Source of the DNA: Schmidtea polychroa
Lineage: Eukaryota
Direction: 5' to 3'
DNA: 64,000 nucleotides
Assembly (NCBI GenBank): GCA_044892525.1
Contig: CM097888.1
Coordinates: 39,804,001 to 39,868,000 of the forward strand
In this document: in pieces, positions 63,207 through 64,000 of the stretch
How the letters are laid out: each line of letters starts with the position of its first letter
Position numbering within the stretch: position 1 is the first letter of the stretch
Position numbers and translations under genes: made by a program
The notes under the pieces: generated by a model
Told to the model about the DNA's origin: nothing
Databases searched by the model: none
The model's input: the letters and a program-made list of their open reading frames with translations, nothing else

Positions 63207-64000
63207 ATGACACAAGAAAGAACTGAAGCCCCAAACCATGAAACCAAAGTCAATAAAATCCATAAGGGAAAATGGGTCAAAGTAATGTTACAATTGACGA
63301 ACCAGACCCGCAACCACCTCGAAGAGGCCAGGGAATACGAGAATAACAAATATCAGTGGTTAGTAAACAATTTAAGAGCCGAAGCAGAAGCATGCAAAAG
63401 AGCCTCTAAGTGGGCATCATTGGAAAACACTCGCCAAGAAGCGCACAGCCACTATTTAAAACAGTTAGTGCAGGAAGCACGGAAACGATTGACGGACGAA
63501 AACACAAAACGAGAAGCAGAAAAACAAAAGGAAGGAAGGAAAATGAATCACCTAGTGGCAGAAGCCCGAAACTGGAAGCGGCAGAACAAAGAGATGAAAA
63601 AAGAAATGAAAGAATTGCCTATGAGATTAGAATACGAAAGCGAACAAGGCAAATGGGAGGAAAATCTGGTCATAAGAGAAGAACTGAAACGGCTCAGAAA
63701 GATCGCGGCCCGAAGCCAAACATGGCAGACCAAAGCCATGGAATTTGAAAGACATCTAGCCATGAAAATCTCCATAAGGGAACACGAGAATGCCGCAATG
63801 GAAGAACTGATACTTCAACAGTCAGGACGACTCGTGGAACTGGTGAATAAGGTCGCAGAACTAGAACGAGATGTCAACGGATACCAAGGAGCTCTGGAGC
63901 AGAGAAATATGGTACTGGCGGGGAAAAACAAAAAGTTAGAAAACGAAAGGAAAATGTATAACGAAAATCTCAAAAATCTGGAGATAGAGATCAAGAAATG
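63207..64000 (+). CDS. Long coiled-coil ORF, open to the end of the window (missing from the ORF track because it has no stop)
   Basis: I translated MTQERTEAPNHETKVNKIHKGKWVKVMLQL...ENLKNLEIEIKK from the ATG at 63207 with no stop codon (~264 codons). E/K/R-rich. Confidence 0.7.
   Translation, partial: MTQERTEAPNHETKVNKIHKGKWVKVMLQLTNQTRNHLEEAREYENNKYQWLVNNLRAEAEACKRASKWASLENTRQEAHSHYLKQLVQEARKRLTDENTKREAEKQKEGRKMNHLVAEARNWKRQNKEMKKEMKELPMRLEYESEQGKWEENLVIREELKRLRKIAARSQTWQTKAMEFERHLAMKISIREHENAAMEELILQQSGRLVELVNKVAELERDVNGYQGALEQRNMVLAGKNKKLENERKMYNENLKNLEIEIKK

Larger units (their letters stand above)
53000..64000 (+). mobile_element. Large Gypsy-derived element or cargo array; boundaries not resolved, continues past 64000
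   Basis: Six same-strand intronless ORFs, less AT-rich than the host genes and A-skewed from 55 kb on, separated by short AT-rich spacers. One is fused in frame to a Gypsy integrase. No gag, RT, RNase H or paired LTRs seen in the window. Confidence 0.65.

Noticed and set aside
57224-63775. Numerous antisense and alternate-frame ORFs overlapping the integrase-ankyrin, TRAF and coiled-coil genes
   Set aside because: They are shadows of an A-rich coding strand (T-rich antisense gives Phe/Leu/Ser-rich frames with few stops) and have no domain features.

Overview
Very AT-rich eukaryotic (invertebrate animal) genomic DNA with three N gaps (2298-2470, 17169-17362, 36780-37050). It has spliceosomal introns, both tiny (35-50 bp) and large and TE-filled. 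A flatworm is my guess, but the sequence cannot prove it. Host genes: a multi-exon semaphorin-5-like gene (+, about 6.5-21.0 kb), an IGFBP-Kazal-Ig gene (-), CCDC96 (-), TRAPPC1 (-) and MAP2K5 (+, 36.2-48.4 kb). The introns hold hAT elements with TIRs and 8-bp TSDs, Tc1/mariner, MULE and Penelope relics, a 23-bp satellite, a frameshifted NXF1-like copy and an intronless chimeric ORF containing a proteasome alpha-6 fragment. The most unusual part is 53-64 kb, a compositionally distinct, intronless, same-strand gene array. It contains a 1305-aa ORF joining a truncated Gypsy integrase to a duplicated ankyrin module and a membrane-protein-like tail, a full-length TRAF, an IAP-type RING protein and several coiled-coil ORFs. 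I read this as a large LTR-retroelement-derived unit carrying TNF-receptor/NF-kB/apoptosis-type signalling cargo, running off the right end of the window. All assignments come from motif recognition by eye; no searches were run.
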